This document shows positions 63,386-64,000 of a DNA stretch of 64,000 nucleotides, piece after piece. The notes beneath the pieces were generated by a model, which did no database searches, was not told where the DNA came from, and saw only the letters and a program-made list of their open reading frames with translations. The stretch spans positions 16,643 to 80,642 of the forward strand of contig CACJKA010000005.1 in NCBI GenBank assembly GCA_902593945.1, read 5' to 3'. Numbering within the stretch: the stretch's first letter is position 1; every line of letters starts with the position of its first letter. Source of the DNA: an uncultured Candidatus Poseidoniales archaeon. Lineage in GTDB: Archaea; Thermoplasmatota; Poseidoniia; Poseidoniales; Thalassarchaeaceae. The translations under genes and the position numbers were made by a program.

Positions 63386-64000
63386 TTGAGAGCTGATTTA
63401 AGGCCAAGAAAATGGCAGTTTAAAGCACTCGCGACTTGGTCAATAAATATGCATGGAATTGCTAAGGTAGTTACTGGAGGTGGGAAGACAACTTTTGCAA
63501 TGCTATGCATTGAACAATATTTCTCTAAGTACCCAAATGGTCGTTGTATCATCCTAGTCCCTTCAGTTGCACTGTTAGATCAGTGGTTAGTTGAGATAAT
63601 ATCAGAAACAGATATTTCAGAAAAAAATATTTCTATTTATGGCGGGGGTTCTAAACCGGATGAGCCACGAAAAATCAATATAATTACACTAAATACTGGG
63701 AGAAATATTGTAAAATCAATTATTAATGAAGGAGATTTATTAGTTGTTGACGAATGCCATAGAGCAGCTTCTTTAGAAAATTCTAAAGCACTTTCTTCTA
63801 AAAAAATCTTCACTTTAGGACTATCAGCAACTCCCGAACGACAATACGATGATGGATTTGAAAAAATATTGCACCCGATTCTGGGGCCAATAATCATTGA
63901 TTATGATTATGATCAGGCACATTCAGATGGAGTGATATGTGATTTTAATCTATATAATGTTAGAATAGTTATGAGTGAAGATGAAATGATAAAATATGAG
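63386..64000 (+). CDS. superfamily-2 DEAD/DEAH-box (ResIII-like) helicase, partial (continues beyond right window edge)
   Basis: Absent from the track because it is open at the edge. Manual translation: ...LRPRKWQFKALATWSINMHGIAKVVTGGGKTTFAM (motif I), LLVVDECHRA (motif II, DECH), LGLSATPER (motif III). The frame opens after TGA 63329-63331. The only canonical start before the Q-motif region is TTG 63386, so the start is uncertain. Confidence 0.7.
   Translation, partial: MRADLRPRKWQFKALATWSINMHGIAKVVTGGGKTTFAMLCIEQYFSKYPNGRCIILVPSVALLDQWLVEIISETDISEKNISIYGGGSKPDEPRKINIITLNTGRNIVKSIINEGDLLVVDECHRAASLENSKALSSKKIFTLGLSATPERQYDDGFEKILHPILGPIIIDYDYDQAHSDGVICDFNLYNVRIVMSEDEMIKYE

Noticed and set aside
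1-64000. CRISPR arrays, rRNA genes, SRP RNA, RNase P RNA and IS elements
   Set aside because: I saw no spaced direct-repeat arrays, and the only tandem DNA repeat is coding (19263-19382). No long GC-rich structured non-coding stretch or transposase-like ORF was noticed. A covariance-model scan is still needed to exclude small RNAs.

Overview
AT-rich, very gene-dense chromosomal segment of an archaeon. I call 51 protein-coding genes and 3 tRNAs. I saw no rRNA, CRISPR array or clear mobile element. Archaeal informational genes are present: family-B DNA polymerase, FEN-1, aEF-1alpha, aIF5B, ribosomal proteins S8e and S10, SRP19, Sec61beta and a Trm11-type THUMP methyltransferase. They are interleaved with bacterial-looking metabolic genes: ATP-PEPCK, MaeB malic enzyme, a PabB-PabA fusion plus PabC, RibD, IlvE, RimK, a coxB-coxA-coxC-subunit-IV haem-copper oxidase operon, a P1B ATPase and PepC. 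Several large secreted or surface proteins are also encoded: a 2859-aa propeller/FN3-like giant, a TSP3/GQ-repeat protein, a PKD lipoprotein and a PGF-CTERM-like protein. This mix suggests an aerobic heterotrophic planktonic euryarchaeon (Marine Group II/Poseidoniales-like), which is inference only. The best candidate for something undescribed is at 37.0-41.3 kb. There a Soj/ParA ATPase has no ParB. It is flanked upstream by a membrane protein with a cytoplasmic SAP/HeH-like DNA-binding motif. Downstream, translationally coupled through TAATG, is a 10-TM EamA permease whose first ~20 residues (KGLGRGLESV) look like the ParA-activating N-terminal peptide of ParB. A second ParA paralogue sits behind a MoxR AAA+ gene at 57.3-60.9 kb, converging on a charged coiled-coil protein and a triple zinc-ribbon protein. 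Other points of interest: a ~220-aa extracytoplasmic extension on cytochrome oxidase subunit I; a His-rich enlarged subunit III; a (GGNCAA)20 coding microsatellite; a MaeB N-terminus encoded upstream of any canonical start codon; a recurrent GAGGTG Shine-Dalgarno at fixed 6-nt spacing; and many convergent gene pairs with overlapping or abutting stop codons. All calls rest on motif recognition by eye. No database search or computation was run.
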